Positions 11,517 to 23,862 are shown, counted from the first letter of the stretch. The stretch: DNA of 64,000 nt from Balamuthia mandrillaris (GCA_031835245.2 JAVKOQ020000030.1:124001-188000); one strand, 5' to 3'. Numbers and translations: made by a program. Notes: generated by a model not told the origin, from the sequence alone.

Positions 11517-13385
11517 TTACCAGGAATGACGATAGCAATGAGCGATCCTGAAAGACTCTTCAAAATGCCAGTGCTATGCCAAGGATCCAACAAGCCATTC
11601 GAAAAGATGATGTTGGAAGCGGCCCCGAGGTCAAACCCACCCCAATGCATCTTGGGCCATTCAGGCTGCAGCTCTACGCCGAATTGTTGGCGACACATTT
11701 CGATGTCTGCTGTCACGTTGTATTCGGTGTAGGGGAACATGTAACGATTGGCAGAGGGTAGATAGGTGCTCGTGCAGAAGAGGTAGGGCCAGCCGCTTCC
11801 AGTGCCCCAGTCTGGTCCATCTCTTTTTTTTTTTTTTTTTTTGAAACAGCCATAAATAAGTATTTGGATATTGGTCGGCTCAAGCAATTTAACTCTCTCC
11901 ATACAAAATTTGGTGGGAGAGCTTGAGCCAGACAATACGAGAAAGAGGAAGGAAGCAAGAAAGAAAGAAAGATAAAGGAAAGAAGTAAAACATAAAGGAA
12001 GAACGAAAGACAAAAGGATGAAAACGAAAAGTACATACGAGGAGATGTTATAGCAGGTTTTATCGCCGGTATTGTTGTAGTATACCCCAATAGCCCAACT
12101 ATTGAATTCAAAGAAAGGTCACGTTAGAATAAGCAAACGAAAGAGAGAGAGAGAGAGAGAGAGAGAGGAGAAATAAGGTACGCCATCGCTTGAACAGGAT
12201 CATTGTAGGTTCCAGACATGAGCCTATCACAAGTAGCATTGACTGGCCAACCTGGCAGAGAGATGCCATAATTGGTAGGATAGGGGTAGTCCAACATGCA
12301 CATGCCTTGCAAACCGTCTACCACCCAAGCGATCAACTGCTCTGCGCCTTCTTTAGAAAGAATGCGGTCCTTCTTCGTTCCATGGCACAGTTTAAAGTCA
12401 TGGGCCAACTTTTGTCGACCAGAAGCCGTCACCGCCAACTTTTGCATTTGATCAAACACAGCAGAGATGGTTTTGTCGCAACCAGGTTTGGCTTGAGCAA
12501 ATGTTTCGGTGGTGGCATCGCTGAAGGCATAAGGACTGGTTCCTGTGCCATAAAAGCCGAAAGGAGCAGATGCAGCCAGACCACCAATGACCACGTTGGG
12601 ATACTTGGCTCGGAACCAGGTGGTGAGCATGCCGCCATAGCTGCCACCAAAGGCCACCACAGGACAGCCCTTGGCTCCTTCAAGGCTGTTGGTCAGGTTG
12701 TTGAGGAGCATGGCGTAATCTGCCAAGGCTTGGTCTGTCGCAATCGCAGAAGAAAAAGTTACATTGTATGTCGCCAACGGAAGATAGAAGGCAGAGAAAA
12801 GCAACGAGAGTACCAGGGGAGCAGTAGCCGATCTTTCCAGGCTGGAACGAGTCCTTGCCAAAAGGAAGGGACTCGCCAAAGTAACGGTGCTCCGCGAACA
12901 CAAGGAGGGCTCCAAACCGAGGAGCCAAGACCTGAGTGAACAACCCTGACGCATCGTAGTAGTCCGTCACAGGGCTTTAAAAAAATTACACAGAGATGAG
13001 AGAAAGAAAGTTGAGTAGAGGGACACAACGTTGTTGCACGATTGGAATCAAAAGAAAGGGGTTGTTCACTCTACCTTTCGTTTCCAGTGTAGAAGAGAAT
13101 GGGACCTTTGCAGCCACCGATGTTGGAGAACATGCCATCAGGAGTGCCCCAGTACTTGTCAGCAAAGAGGTAGCGCTGCTGGTAGGTGCCCTTGTTCTCG
13201 TAGTTGAAGTGGTCGATGGTCTGTGGGAAGTAACGCGTGTCGTAGGGAGGCGGCGGCGGCGGTGCGGACGGCTCCTCCGTCGCCGCGACTGCCACCACCA
13301 CCAGCAAGAAGCAACCCAACAACAGCGACAGCAAGGACAACGAGAAAAGCCCCGGCTGAGGGCCGCCAGCGACTTTGGCAACCAT
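11292..13385 (-). CDS. Serine peptidase family S28 (prolylcarboxypeptidase/DPP-II-like), secreted/lysosomal, multi-exon
   Basis: Signal peptide; [44 protein letters not shown] (catalytic Ser), [12 protein letters not shown] (Asp), AAHHLDLR (His). Confidence 0.95.
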
Positions 13386-13501
13386 TTTTTTTTTTGGTGA
13401 CTTTTTTGCTGCGGGTAAACTTCTCCTTCTGCGTTTCATTTTAATTAACAAATGATGTCACGTATTCCAAATAAAGGAACAACGTACGTCATGTCTTAAT
13501 T

Positions 13502-13679
13502 TCATGACGTCGATTATTCCTAAAATAACCATGACTGACATCACTCACTCCTTATTCTGTTGTGCTCAACGATAGCAGCGCTGGAGACCATTTCTCAATC
13601 AAAAAGAACTGTATGACGTCGGTTTTTCCTAAAGTAACCCTGATTGACATCACTCCATTATCGTCATTTTGTGCTCAAC
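13502..13679. repeat. Degenerate ~68-bp direct repeat with TGACGTC motifs in a divergent promoter
   Basis: 13502-13570 (catgacgtcgattattcctaaaataaccatgactgacatcactc...tgtgctcaac) resembles 13612-13679 (tatgacgtcggtttttcctaaagtaaccctgattgacatcactc...tgtgctcaac). Confidence 0.75.
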
Positions 13680-13768
13680 TTTAGCTTCACAGGAAAGCGA
13701 CACGTCATGTAATGAGCTGTTTTACTTCTAAGGCTGTGCACAAGACCTCAAAAGAAAAGAAAAGAAAA

Positions 13769-14450
13769 ATGGAGAACGGAGTGACGAGCACTACGCATCG
13801 ACGGGCGCCCGTGGAGGTCGGAGAGGCCGTCGTTGGAGGACACCTCGGCTACGAGGCTCCCACCGACGTCGCCTCCGTCATGAGGCACTACGCCCAGATG
13901 GACATTTTGCAGGAAATCAAAACGCGCCTCGGGGGTAACCACGAGCTCCTCACCAAGGTTTCTCAGTCGCTGGAAACCATCAACAAAGCGTTGGACCAGT
14001 ATCAGTTAGTAGCCTCCTTCTTCTTCTTCTTTTTTTGTTGGGTTTTGACGAAACAACTTCTTCATTTAAAAAAAAATTAAAGGGCTGAAGGCGTTGCGTT
14101 GAGCTTCAACGGCGGAAAGGATTGCACCGTTTTGCTCCACCTGCTGCTCTACACCCTCGCCAAGCGAACGCCTGCCACAAAGAGTGAGCAGCCGCGGCTT
14201 CGTGCTATTTATTTCTTGCAACGTGATACCTTTGCTGAGGTTTCTCAGTTTGTGCAAAGCTGTGTCGAATGGTATGCATGCTCCGCTCTGTGTTATCTCT
14301 TCTCCGGTGCTTCGGTCCTCTGTTCCCTCGCTCTCTCGCTCTCTCTCTCTCGCTCTCTCTCTCTCTCGCTTAATTCTCGCTTGTCTCCTTCGCTGCTCTT
14401 GTTTCTCGTTCTTTCTGCGCTTCTCGTGTTACCTTTCGCTCCTCTTTTGT

Positions 14451-14488
<38 letters not shown>

Positions 14489-15032
14489 ATTGATGTTTCC
14501 TCGTATTCTCAGGTATAATTTGGACATGATAACATCTGACAAAGGTTTCAAAGAGGGACTAGAAAGCATTTTGAAGGAGAATTCTAATATTCGAGCAATC
14601 TTTATGGGCACTCGCCGCACAGATCCAAATGCTGGTATACCTTCTCCTTCTCCTTCATTTCCCTTTCGTTTGTTCTAACAAAAAACAAAAAAAAAAGGAT
14701 CTTTAACACCCTTTGCTGAGACTGACAAAGGATGGCCTTGCTTCATACGCGTCAACCCCATTCTCGACTGGGACTATAGCGACGTCTGGACCTTCCTCCT
14801 CTCCTTTGGCATTCCCTACTGCTCCCTCTACGACCAAGGCTACACCTCCATCGGTGATACCACCAACACCGTTCCTAATCCTGCTCTCTCCATGCTTGAA
14901 AATAACAGTAACAACAGCAACAAAACAAACGAAGCAGAACATGAAGGAGAAGAGAAGAAGGTGATGAGCTATGCTCCTGCTCATTGTTTGACGGATGGAA
15001 ATAGAGAAAGAGAGGGTCGTCTCTCCAAGTAA
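13769..15032 (+). CDS. FAD1: FAD synthase (PAPS-reductase-family FMN adenylyltransferase), multi-exon
   Basis: [43 protein letters not shown]...[14 protein letters not shown] and terminal EREGR after splicing. Confidence 0.92.
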
Positions 15033-15089
15033 ACTCAACGTTTATGATATCTCTCTCCTCATAGAGAAGAGGCGTCTTCTTTGTTTACT

Positions 15090-15566
15090 TTACTCTCCCT
15101 GACAGAGATCACGCAAACGCTTGAGGCCACCCTCAAACACGCCTTCCTTGACCATGTTGGCCACGGCTTCCACGGTCTCCGCCTCCCCGTCAAACTCGGC
15201 CGTCCACTGAGCAAGAGTTTGGTCGCCCACGGTGATCTTTTGCAGCCTCAGGGTGGCGTGGTAGTTTTCCACCTTGCCAGGGAAGACCTTCTCCCAGTGG
15301 GTGATGTGGTAGGAGTAGTAGTGGTCCGCCTCGGAGAAGGCGGTGAGGATCTCGACGACGGTGGCGCCGGGGGCGACGGTGATGAGCCTCTTCATGCCGA
15401 TGAGGTTCTCCTTGGCGGAGAGGCGCTCCTCCGACTCGGGCACGCAGGTCATGCCGCACCAGGAGAGGTCGCAGAAGGCACGGACGCTCTGCCAGACCCT
15501 TTCGATAGGGGCGTTGATGCAAATGCTCACGTTCACCTTTGGATGCGGCGCTGCTGCTGCTGCCAT
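15090..15566 (-). CDS. SRPBCC/polyketide-cyclase (START-like, Bet v1 fold) protein
   Basis: Intronless. VSICINAPIERVWQSVRAF, IGMKRLI, YYSYHI, TLAQWTAEF and C-terminal helix VFEGGLKRL fit Polyketide_cyc2. Confidence 0.85.
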   Translation of the reverse strand: MAAAAAPHPKVNVSICINAPIERVWQSVRAFCDLSWCGMTCVPESEERLSAKENLIGMKRLITVAPGATVVEILTAFSEADHYYSYHITHWEKVFPGKVENYHATLRLQKITVGDQTLAQWTAEFDGEAETVEAVANMVKEGVFEGGLKRLRDLCQGE

Positions 15567-15972
15567 TCTTTTCTTTGCTCTCCGCAACAAAAAAAATTGG
15601 CTTCAAGGAGAAAGTAGTAAGAGTTTTTTTCATGTCGTCCTTAGAGATATGTCCACAAAATAAAAACGCAGCTACAGTGTCGACATAAACTTCTTCGCAG
15701 CGAAAGTATATTTCATCCGTTTGGTGAAGGATGGAGGAGAGGAGCAAGGGGGGGAAGCTTAGGATACGCAGCATAGTGAGAACACAGGTTCCCAAGGAAG
15801 GAAAGGAGAGTCGGTGAACGCAATCGGATCATCGGAACACATAGAGGCAGATGAACCAGGTTGTCGACGGAAAGTCAACCGCGTTGCCAACGAAATTAGC
15901 ATGTCGACATGGTTATATTTTCGTGTCGTCACGAAATATTGATCCAAAAAAAAAAAAAGTGCAAGAAGCAGC

Positions 15973-17898
15973 ATGATGTCGCTGTTGGATGAGTTGTTAG
16001 GTTCTATGGACCAGTTGATCGAAGGGCGGGTGGACGAAATCAAGGTGGACAACAGCGTTCATGCCGGACCCATGCAGAGCACCATGGCCCAAGATGCCCT
16101 GGAGAAGCAGAGGAAGCAGCGGAAACAGGACACGGAGCTCACTCGCTTGCAGCGGAAAGCCAGGGAGGAGCAAGCCAAGGTGACGCGAATGGAGGAGGAG
16201 AGAATTGCCCGAGTGAACGCTGCGCAGGCGGCCATCAACTCCATGTCAAGGAAGAGAAAGGAACCGGACATGACACCGACGCTTGCTACTTCCTCGTCTT
16301 CTACTCCCTCATCTTCTGCACCTCAACAACAACTTGTAGAGAAGAAACCGCGACTCTCTTCTACTTCTTCTTGTTCTTCTTCTTGTTCTTCTTCTACTTC
16401 TGCTTCTACTTCTTCTTCTTCTTCTCTTGCCCTTTCTGCTGAACACCTGCTTTCTTCACCTTCTTCGTGTACTTCTTTGCCAACTCCTTTCGCTACCTCT
16501 GGATTCGCTCCCGTTGTACTAGTTACCACTCTGCAAGGTTTTTTGCTCTTTCTCTTCCCTTTCGTTTTCTCCACTGTTCTATTCCCTCTTTCACTTCTCT
16601 CTCTTTTGTTGCTCTCTTTCTCCTTCCTCTCACTCTCCCCGTTGCACTTCTCCTTCTAACAACGCTCTATAGAATGCAAAGCGGCAGTGAAGGAGCTTCA
16701 ACAACACAAAGTATTGGCAGTGGATTGTGAAGGCGTTAACCTCGGCCGAAACGGTCAGTTGACGCTCGTTCAAGTGGGAACAGAGGTCAAGGTCTTTCTC
16801 TTCGACCTATTGGAAAGGGGCATGCCTCCTCTTTCTCCTTCTGAACTTCTGCATACAGACGAAAAAGAACCAGACCCAGAACCAGAGCAAACGCAACCGA
16901 GCACAGAAAAGGGAAAAGAAGAACAGCAAGAAACAAATGAAAAGAAAGAAGAAGAAAATGTAACAGAAAAAGAAGAAGAAAAAGTAAAAGCAGCAGAAGA
17001 AGATAACCGATGGAAAGAAGGCGAAAAGGACAAAGCAGATACTTTCTTTGCAGAAGGCGGCCTGAAAGCGCTCCTTGAAGATGAACACATCCTCAAAGTC
17101 TTTCATGACTGCCGCGGAGACTCAGACGCTCTCTTCCACCAATTCCAAGTGGCCCTTCATCCTGTCTTTGATACACAAGTGGCTTACGCAGTGGCCAAAA
17201 GACAGCAATTCTCACAAACGCCCATTCCAGTTTCTCTCAACACGTTGTTGCGGTTGTATGCTACTCCGTTGGTGGAAACACAGCAAAAGAAGAGAGAGGA
17301 GAAAGCAAAAGCAGAGAAGAAGAAGCAAAAGGTAGACAGAAGACAAACGAAAAGTGAGTATGTGGAACGACGGAAACGAAGTCAGTTGCGGGAAGTAGCA
17401 AACAATTATTATCAAGCTCTTCAAGAAGAAAACGAACAAGAAGAAAAAGGGGAAAAAGAAAAGGAGACAGAGACAGAGACAGAGGAAAACAAAAGAACAG
17501 ATGCGTTGAATAAGTTTAAAGAAGCAGCGAAAGAGTGGATGATCAAAGACAAGTACTTTTGGAAAAGAAGGCCGATGACAGAGTTGCAATTGGGATATGC
17601 TGCGGAGGACGTTCTCTTCTTGACGTTGGTCCATCGACAGTTGAACTCCATTTTGGACTCGAACAACCGAAAGTTGGTGGCTTCGTTATCGGAAAAGTAT
17701 GTTAAACAGGTCCGAGATGCACAAGATATCAAGGTTTGTTCTTTCTTCTTCTTTTTCTTCATCTTCATCTTCCTCTCCCTTCTTCTTGTTCTTCTTCTTG
17801 TTCTTCTTCTTGTTCTTCTTCTTGTTCTTCTTCTTGTTCTTCTTCTTCTTGTTCTTGTTCTTGTTCTTCTTCTTCTTTTTGTTCTTGTTCTTCTTCTT

Positions 17899-17929
<31 letters not shown>

Positions 17930-18126
17930 TATTACTTATTTTGCTTATTTTGCATTTCTTTCTTATTTTTTGTCGTGTCTTTCGTTCTGTTCTTCCTTTC
18001 CTCATCGTTTGCAACGAACAGGACCAAATACGATTCGAAGATGGGGTACCAAAATACGGTTTTAGCGTTTGGGATAAAGACGTAGAATCCACATTAGCTC
18101 TTGCCAAGTACAGACAAAGAAGGTGA
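15973..18126 (+). CDS. 3'-5' exonuclease, DEDDy family (EXD1/Egalitarian-like), multi-exon
   Basis: ExoI VLAVDCEG, LTLVQVGT, ExoII KVFHDCRGDSDAL, FDTQVAY, SLNTLL, WKRRPMT and ExoIII YAAEDV. Introns at about 16538-16672 and 17734-18021. Confidence 0.88.
17740..17930. repeat. (TTC/TTG)n intronic microsatellite
   Basis: Visible trinucleotide array inside the last intron of the exonuclease gene. Confidence 0.95.
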
Positions 18127-18243
18127 ACAACAATGCTGCCAAACGAAAGAAAACAAGGCGTAAGCATGCGTTTTCTTATTGTGTGTGTTCAATGTTTTCC
18201 TGTTCATATATACATCAGCAAAGTCTAAACAACAAATTACAAG

Positions 18244-19024
18244 TCAAACGCGGAATGAGGATGCATGACAGGTGCCAATCGGCAGGTACGAAGAAGAAGC
18301 AGGAGGAGAAGTCGCTGAAGGCCATCCATGATCCTCTTGGGCTAAAGCCACTCGAATGGGAGGCAACACCTCTCGTCTAGGAACCACTGGCGAAGGCATC
18401 AAAGGAAGTGCACTTGGCGTCGTCGTTGGCTTTGTAGATGGGGAGAAGTACTGCCTTGTTGGCTGTTGTTGGAGTCTTTTGTCCACGTCGAAAATGAGTT
18501 GGTGGTAAAACTGCCTTTCAGCCACCAATTCGCGGATGAAGTTGACCGCCTCCTCCAAGATTGTTCTTTTGGAGGAGGAGGGCGAGAGGTTAGGGGTCAG
18601 CTGCTTGAGCTCCTCCAACTTGGCGTTGAATATCAACTTTCTTTTTCGCTCCGCTGCGTTGTGTTTTAGCTTCTCTGCTCCACTTTTTTTTGTTCTCAAC
18701 GTTAGCACCTTCCCCAAAAAAAAAAATGAAAGGGAAAGAAAGTAGATGAACAACAACAACTCAAGTTGAAGTGAAAGGGTGCAAGCGTTGAGGCGAACGA
18801 ACGTACACTCTTCGGATTGGCACTCTCTTTTTGGGGGGAGATTGCTCCCTTCTTCTGGGCAGGGGAGGCGGAAGCCTGCCAGAAAAAGCGAGGGCGTCGT
18901 TGCCGCAGAGGCTGCCGTTTCCGGGTGGACCGCCAGCCCCATCCAGGTCGCTGCCCTCTCGCCTCGAAGAAGGAACCGGGCTGCGGTTGCCGTTGGAATC
19001 GCGCGGTAAGGCCGTGTGGGGCAT
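18244..19024 (-). CDS. Myc/Max-like bHLH-zipper transcription factor, paralog 1 (2 exons)
   Basis: Exon 1 MPHTALP...RVPIRR; exon 2 GAEKLKHNAAERKRKLIFNAKLEELKQLTPNLSPSSSKRTILEEAVNFIREL. Confidence 0.88.
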
Positions 19025-19762
19025 TTTACGGTTTTTATTTTTTCAACTCTGTGTGCGGCCGTGCTGTAAGGGGTTGAAGCGATCCCCCCCAAAAAAAAAC
19101 ACAGAATGATAAAGTTAGCCCCGCAACGCCAATGTAACCACACAGCCAGAATCAATCCTGCCGGTCAAACCTCCTGGGAGAACGAAGTATTTGCGTGCGC
19201 ATCCGGTCCCCGCCACGCTAACTTCCGGAGGAAAATTCTTTGAAGGCAAAACGTATCATGAGTTCATTAATTTGACGTGATCAGGGTCGGCATTTTATGA
19301 CCAAAAACGAATGCTGGGTCACCTGAAAACGTTCCTTAAAAAGGCAATTGGACGGAATTAAAACCAGATGAAAGGAGATAATTAATATAACAGGTAATTG
19401 ATTAACTTTTTTTGGATATGAAAAAAGCCGAGCAGGGAAAAGCGGGGGAAACTTGAGCGAAGACTCGTGGCTAACCGCCCGTGTACCTAACAAAGAAAGC
19501 AAAGAGCAGCGCCACCTCTCTTCGAGGAAGAGAGCGCTCTTGTATGGATGTTGTAGCTATTCCCCCTCCACCTCACCCTTGCAAGATTTTTCTGTACAAC
19601 AGGGCGGGGACGCAGCGCTTCGCGAAAGGAGAGCACAGCAGAGAGGTGGATCAGAAATGGTCCTTGTTTGCCCTCCTGCGGCTCAGAGGCTCAGCATGTC
19701 TGTTTCCGGCGTGTATTAACAAGAAACAACCCTTTTATTGCGATGCTGCTCCATTTGTTGTA

Positions 19763-20425
19763 TCAAACAAGGCGATGAGAGAAGGAAGGAGGAGGCAACG
19801 AAGCAGGCCAGCCACCGCTTGCCGGTTGAGCCAGAACGTAGCGAATCGGAGGTAACACCTCCTTTCTTGCTGGTAACGGCGGCGGCTGAGGTGGGCAAGG
19901 GAAGGGACCCCTGGGTTGCTGCTGTTGTCTCAAGGCGTAGTCCATGCTGTGGATGAGCTGAAGCTGAACTTGTCTTTCGGAAAGCAGCTTTTGGATGAGG
20001 CGAGCGGCTCCCTCCACCACCTTCCTTTTGGAGGCTGGGGAGTGGAGCTCAGGGATCAGCGCCCGGAGCTCCTCCAACTTGGCGTTGAAGAGCATCTTTC
20101 TCTCTCTTTCGGCCGCATTGTGTTTTATCTTGGCGATTCCGCTGACGAACCAAAAGAAAAAGAACCAGTCAACACATCATAAAAAGGCCTTGTGTAAGAA
20201 CAAGAAACAGAAAAAGAAGAACAACGAGACGCACATCCTTTTAACTGGTATCCGTGCACTTTTAGTCCGCGTCCGAGGCAGCGGAGGGGGCAATCTGCCC
20301 TCGCCGGTAGTGCTCGCCACCCTGAAGGTGGACATCGCAGGACCATCCCGAGTCGCATCAGGAGGAACACCCTTCCTGCCCTCCTCCTTCGAGGAGCCAC
20401 CCTCCTGCTGTTGTCTGTGTGGCAT
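19763..20425 (-). CDS. bHLH-zipper paralog 2 (2 exons)
   Basis: Exon 1 MPHRQQQ...RIPVKR; exon 2 GIAKIKHNAAERERKMLFNAKLEELRALIPELHSPASKRKVVEGAARLIQKL. Confidence 0.88.
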
Positions 20426-21021
20426 GTTATCGTTGTTGTTAACAACAGAAAACGAAAAAATAAACGAGGAAAGAACAACGAGCTCTACATGAAACATGTA
20501 AAGGTCATACAAGAGCAAAGAAGAAGTTGCTGAAAGAACCGGTCCTCTTGCAGAAGACCAGCGGGTCCACAGCGGCAGGAACGCAGTGCGCACAACAAAA
20601 AAACAACACAGGAAAAAAAAATAAGGAAAAGAAAGGAATGTCGTAGGAGTTCTTCAGCACTGCAGTACTCTCTCAGGTCGATCTACAACCTGTTTCGATC
20701 ATGGAGAGCAGAGAGGAGGTGATCATGGCTTTAGTCAAACGAAAGCGGTGTGTGACATGTGAGGACCCGTAGGACCGTCATTAGCAAAGCAGCAGTGGTT
20801 GAAATAACAGAAAAAAAAAACAAACTTGTTGTTTGTTGAAGGAAAAAAAAAGAGAAGAGCTGTTGTTTTGTTTTTATTTTCACGTGAAGCGAGATAAGAA
20901 GCAGCTGACTGATAGAACCTCGCGAAAACAGATATAGTGCAGAAGGGACACGTTTCCCTTTTGACCGATAGAGCGGCTGCACAGACCAACCCCAAAACTG
21001 TGCCAAGGCCCTGGTGATTGA

Positions 21022-21719
21022 TCAGTGCCAAAAAGGATGGGACTGTACTGAAGGAGCATTGAAACGGGTTGACGGGGGTGCTATCTGAGACAGGACCACA
21101 TGAAGCGGCGGAAGAATGGGGAAAGGCGGTGAGGCCGTACCAGAAAGGTCCGCTGGTGTGGTCGTTGGTAGAAAGAAGTTAGGAAAATGCTGGTGTTGTT
21201 GTGCGTGTCCTCCATGTGGATGACACAAAAGTTCGATCCTTTGGTCCATGTTCTGCGCGAGCTGGCGGTAACTGTGGCACTCGGAAAGCAACTCATGAAT
21301 ATGGCCTATTGCTCCCTCGACGATCTGTCTCTGGGAAGCCAGTGGCGGAAGGTCTGCCAAGAGCCTCAGTTCTTCCAGCCTTGCATTGAACTCCCACTTT
21401 CTTTTTCGCTCCGAGGCGTTGTGTTTGAGTCTTTCTAGTCCTCTGTTTACCCTCAAAGGTACAGTTAGAGGAAACAAAAAAAAGGACGTAAAAATAAATA
21501 AAGGTCTGTTGCAAGACGGCAGGGGCCACAAGAGACGTACATCCTTTTTCTTCTGGATTTCGAAGCTGGCATGAAAGCTGCTGTTCGCTTTCGAATTTTC
21601 CTTCGCAGCGCTCCGTCGCTCTGAGCGCCCTTGAGCGAGCGACCTTCCTCAGAACCGGCTTTCCGGAAGTCCTCCAAATCTTTGTCTCTCTCATCGATAA
21701 CAAGCACTTGTGGCGGCAT
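21022..21719 (-). CDS. bHLH-zipper paralog 3 (2 exons)
   Basis: Exon 1 MPPQVLV...SRRKR; exon 2 GLERLKHNASERKRKWEFNARLEELRLLADLPPLASQRQIVEGAIGHIHEL. Confidence 0.87.
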
Positions 21720-21940
21720 CGTGTACGTGGTTCGCGGTGTGTCGCGTTGGTTTGAGATAAGCAAAGAAAAAGAACGCAGTCTATCTAGTATTGGCCATTT
21801 TACCAGGCTACCGCATGACCAGGAGGGGAAAAAAACAAAAACTGGAGCATAAACTGTCAATATAGTCGGGTAAGTCGGCTTAATAAATGATACGCCCGGA
21901 AAGTGTTAACCTTTTCTGCGATTTTGTATCAGGAGTCTCT

Positions 21941-22093
21941 TCGCCAGCATTGTATCTTTTCTATCTCTCTTCCGTTTCTTGAAAAAAATATAGGAGACGG
22001 AAACAACTAACCTTTTCAGAGTTTTGTGGCTTCCTGAGTAGACCAAAAGCTTTCAGCTGCCCTCGCCAGCATTGTATCTTTTCTATCTCTCTT
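21941..22093. repeat. 31-bp direct repeat between bHLH paralogs 3 and 4
   Basis: TCGCCAGCATTGTATCTTTTCTATCTCTCTT at 21941-21971 and 22063-22093. Confidence 0.85.
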
Positions 22094-22187
22094 TCATTGG
22101 AAAACAAGAATGACCTACACAAGAGCTTGTTTTGTAACCAAAGAATAAAAGTTGAGAGAGAAACATGAACACGGAATCCAAATGCTA

Positions 22188-23024
22188 TCATTGTTGTGTG
22201 GTGTATGATTGTTGAGGTTGGGGCTGCTCCAAATCGTGCTCTCGGGTTTCCTTCCTGCCTCTGTTCCTCAAAGCTTTCTCAATGAAGAATACGTGTGAGG
22301 GTGGTATGTCAAGTGGCGGGAGGTCATTTAAGTTTTTTGAGGTAGATTGCATTTTATTTGAACTTTTTTGGTGCAGTGTCAAGCAAGAGGAGGAGAACTC
22401 ATGAGACAGCACCACATGCAGAGGAGGTAAAATCGGAGCAGGGCATCCATTCGCTGATGCAACCGGAGACTGACGATACACGGAATGTTCTGGGGGACGC
22501 AGATGATGTTGCACGCGTGATGAAGGTAGATGTTGGTTCTGCAAGGCATGCGTGAAGCTCCGTTCCATGTCCCGTACCTTTTGCTGGTGCAACAGGTGCT
22601 CTGTTTGGAGCTCCCGAATGTGTTGGGCAGCTCCTTCTACCACCTGTCGTTTGGTGGGCGAAGGAGGTAGGTCCGGGATCACGCAGGCCAGTTCTTCCAA
22701 CTTGGTGTTGAAGACTAACTTCCTTTTCCTCTCGGAGGCATTGTGTTTCAACCTTTCAACTCCCCTGAGCAAACATCAAGTTAGCGCTAAACGAAATGAG
22801 AAAACACAAACAACAAACATTCTTTTTGTTTTGGAAGGTGTTGTCTTCTTCAACGCCCTTCTACCCCGCAGATCATTGTTCAAAGGAGTGACAGCTTTGT
22901 GAAGCCTTTGCAAAACGTTCCTGATGTGCTTCTGATTTACCTCCTCCGTGGTGGCGTTCAAGGCAGGAACCTCAAGGTGCGCCTGCCTTCCTGCAAGATC
23001 CAGAGGACCGGAGTACATGGCCAT
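22188..23024 (-). CDS. bHLH-zipper paralog 4 (2 exons)
   Basis: Exon 1 MAMYSGP...SKTKR; exon 2 GVERLKHNASERKRKLVFNTKLEELACVIPDLPPSPTKRQVVEGAAQHIREL. Confidence 0.87.
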
Positions 23025-23862
23025 GGTGGATGGTTTCTGTGTTGCCTGAGCAAAACTCAACGGCAAAACGAGGTTACCCTTGCCGAAAGAAAGGTTTGTT
23101 TCTCTCCTGAAGCAAAATGAACAAAGCTGGTCCACGGTCAACCATTCGGTAAAACCAAACTCGGTTTTGATGGACTTGGGGAGATAGGTGCTCTGAGCGA
23201 AAGCGGCAGCGCTGAACTGGGACGTTGCGGATGAACACACCAAATGGCCTCCTGCGGTTTGACCTAATCTACAAACGAGAAAAAGGCTCGCATCCAGAAG
23301 CAGGCTACCTCACTACATCTCGTCAGGGTCCGGGAGGGTCCAGCCGTTCGCGTTCCCATCGCCTATGTTCTACCACAGTTGTGGGTGAATTTCCATATGC
23401 AGGGATCGCGACGGTGACGAGAGCAGCACCTAATCGGTGGGTCGCAGGCGGATGGCGCGAGCGCCGCCAACCCTTCAACCTTCACCACATTCCCAAATAG
23501 CTCTGCCCCATCAAACTGTTTTTGTTTTTTTGGTATAAACCGCACGCTCGTGAGAGGTGCTTTTTGCATGCATGCCTGAAAAATGGATAGATGATTGTGC
23601 TTTTGGCATGCATGCCCATAAACGGCACTTTACAAAGTTCCGCGCCATACCGTCGTCCGCCGCGAACAGCGTCCGTTGGACCGCATTGGCTCAGGGGAAG
23701 ACCAACGGAACGTCTACAAAATTTTGGATTGGATCTCACGGAAACATCATTACTTATTGATTTCTGATTGGTGGTCAATCTATAGATCAACCGTAGCTAA
23801 TCGGCATTCCTCGCATTGCTGGCGTAACTCGAAATGAGAAAGAAAGAAAGAAAGAAAAAGGA

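Noticed and set aside
17734..18021. Apparent poly-Leu/Val TM segment in the 479-aa exonuclease ORF
   Set aside because: It is a GT-AG intron filled with TTC repeats that happens to stay in frame.
20600..21000. Possible extra degenerate bHLH copy here (also checked 19.2-19.7 kb and 30.2-30.9 kb)
   Set aside because: No HNxxER or LEEL remnant visible in the ORF track or by eye; a tBLASTn search would be needed to exclude highly decayed copies.
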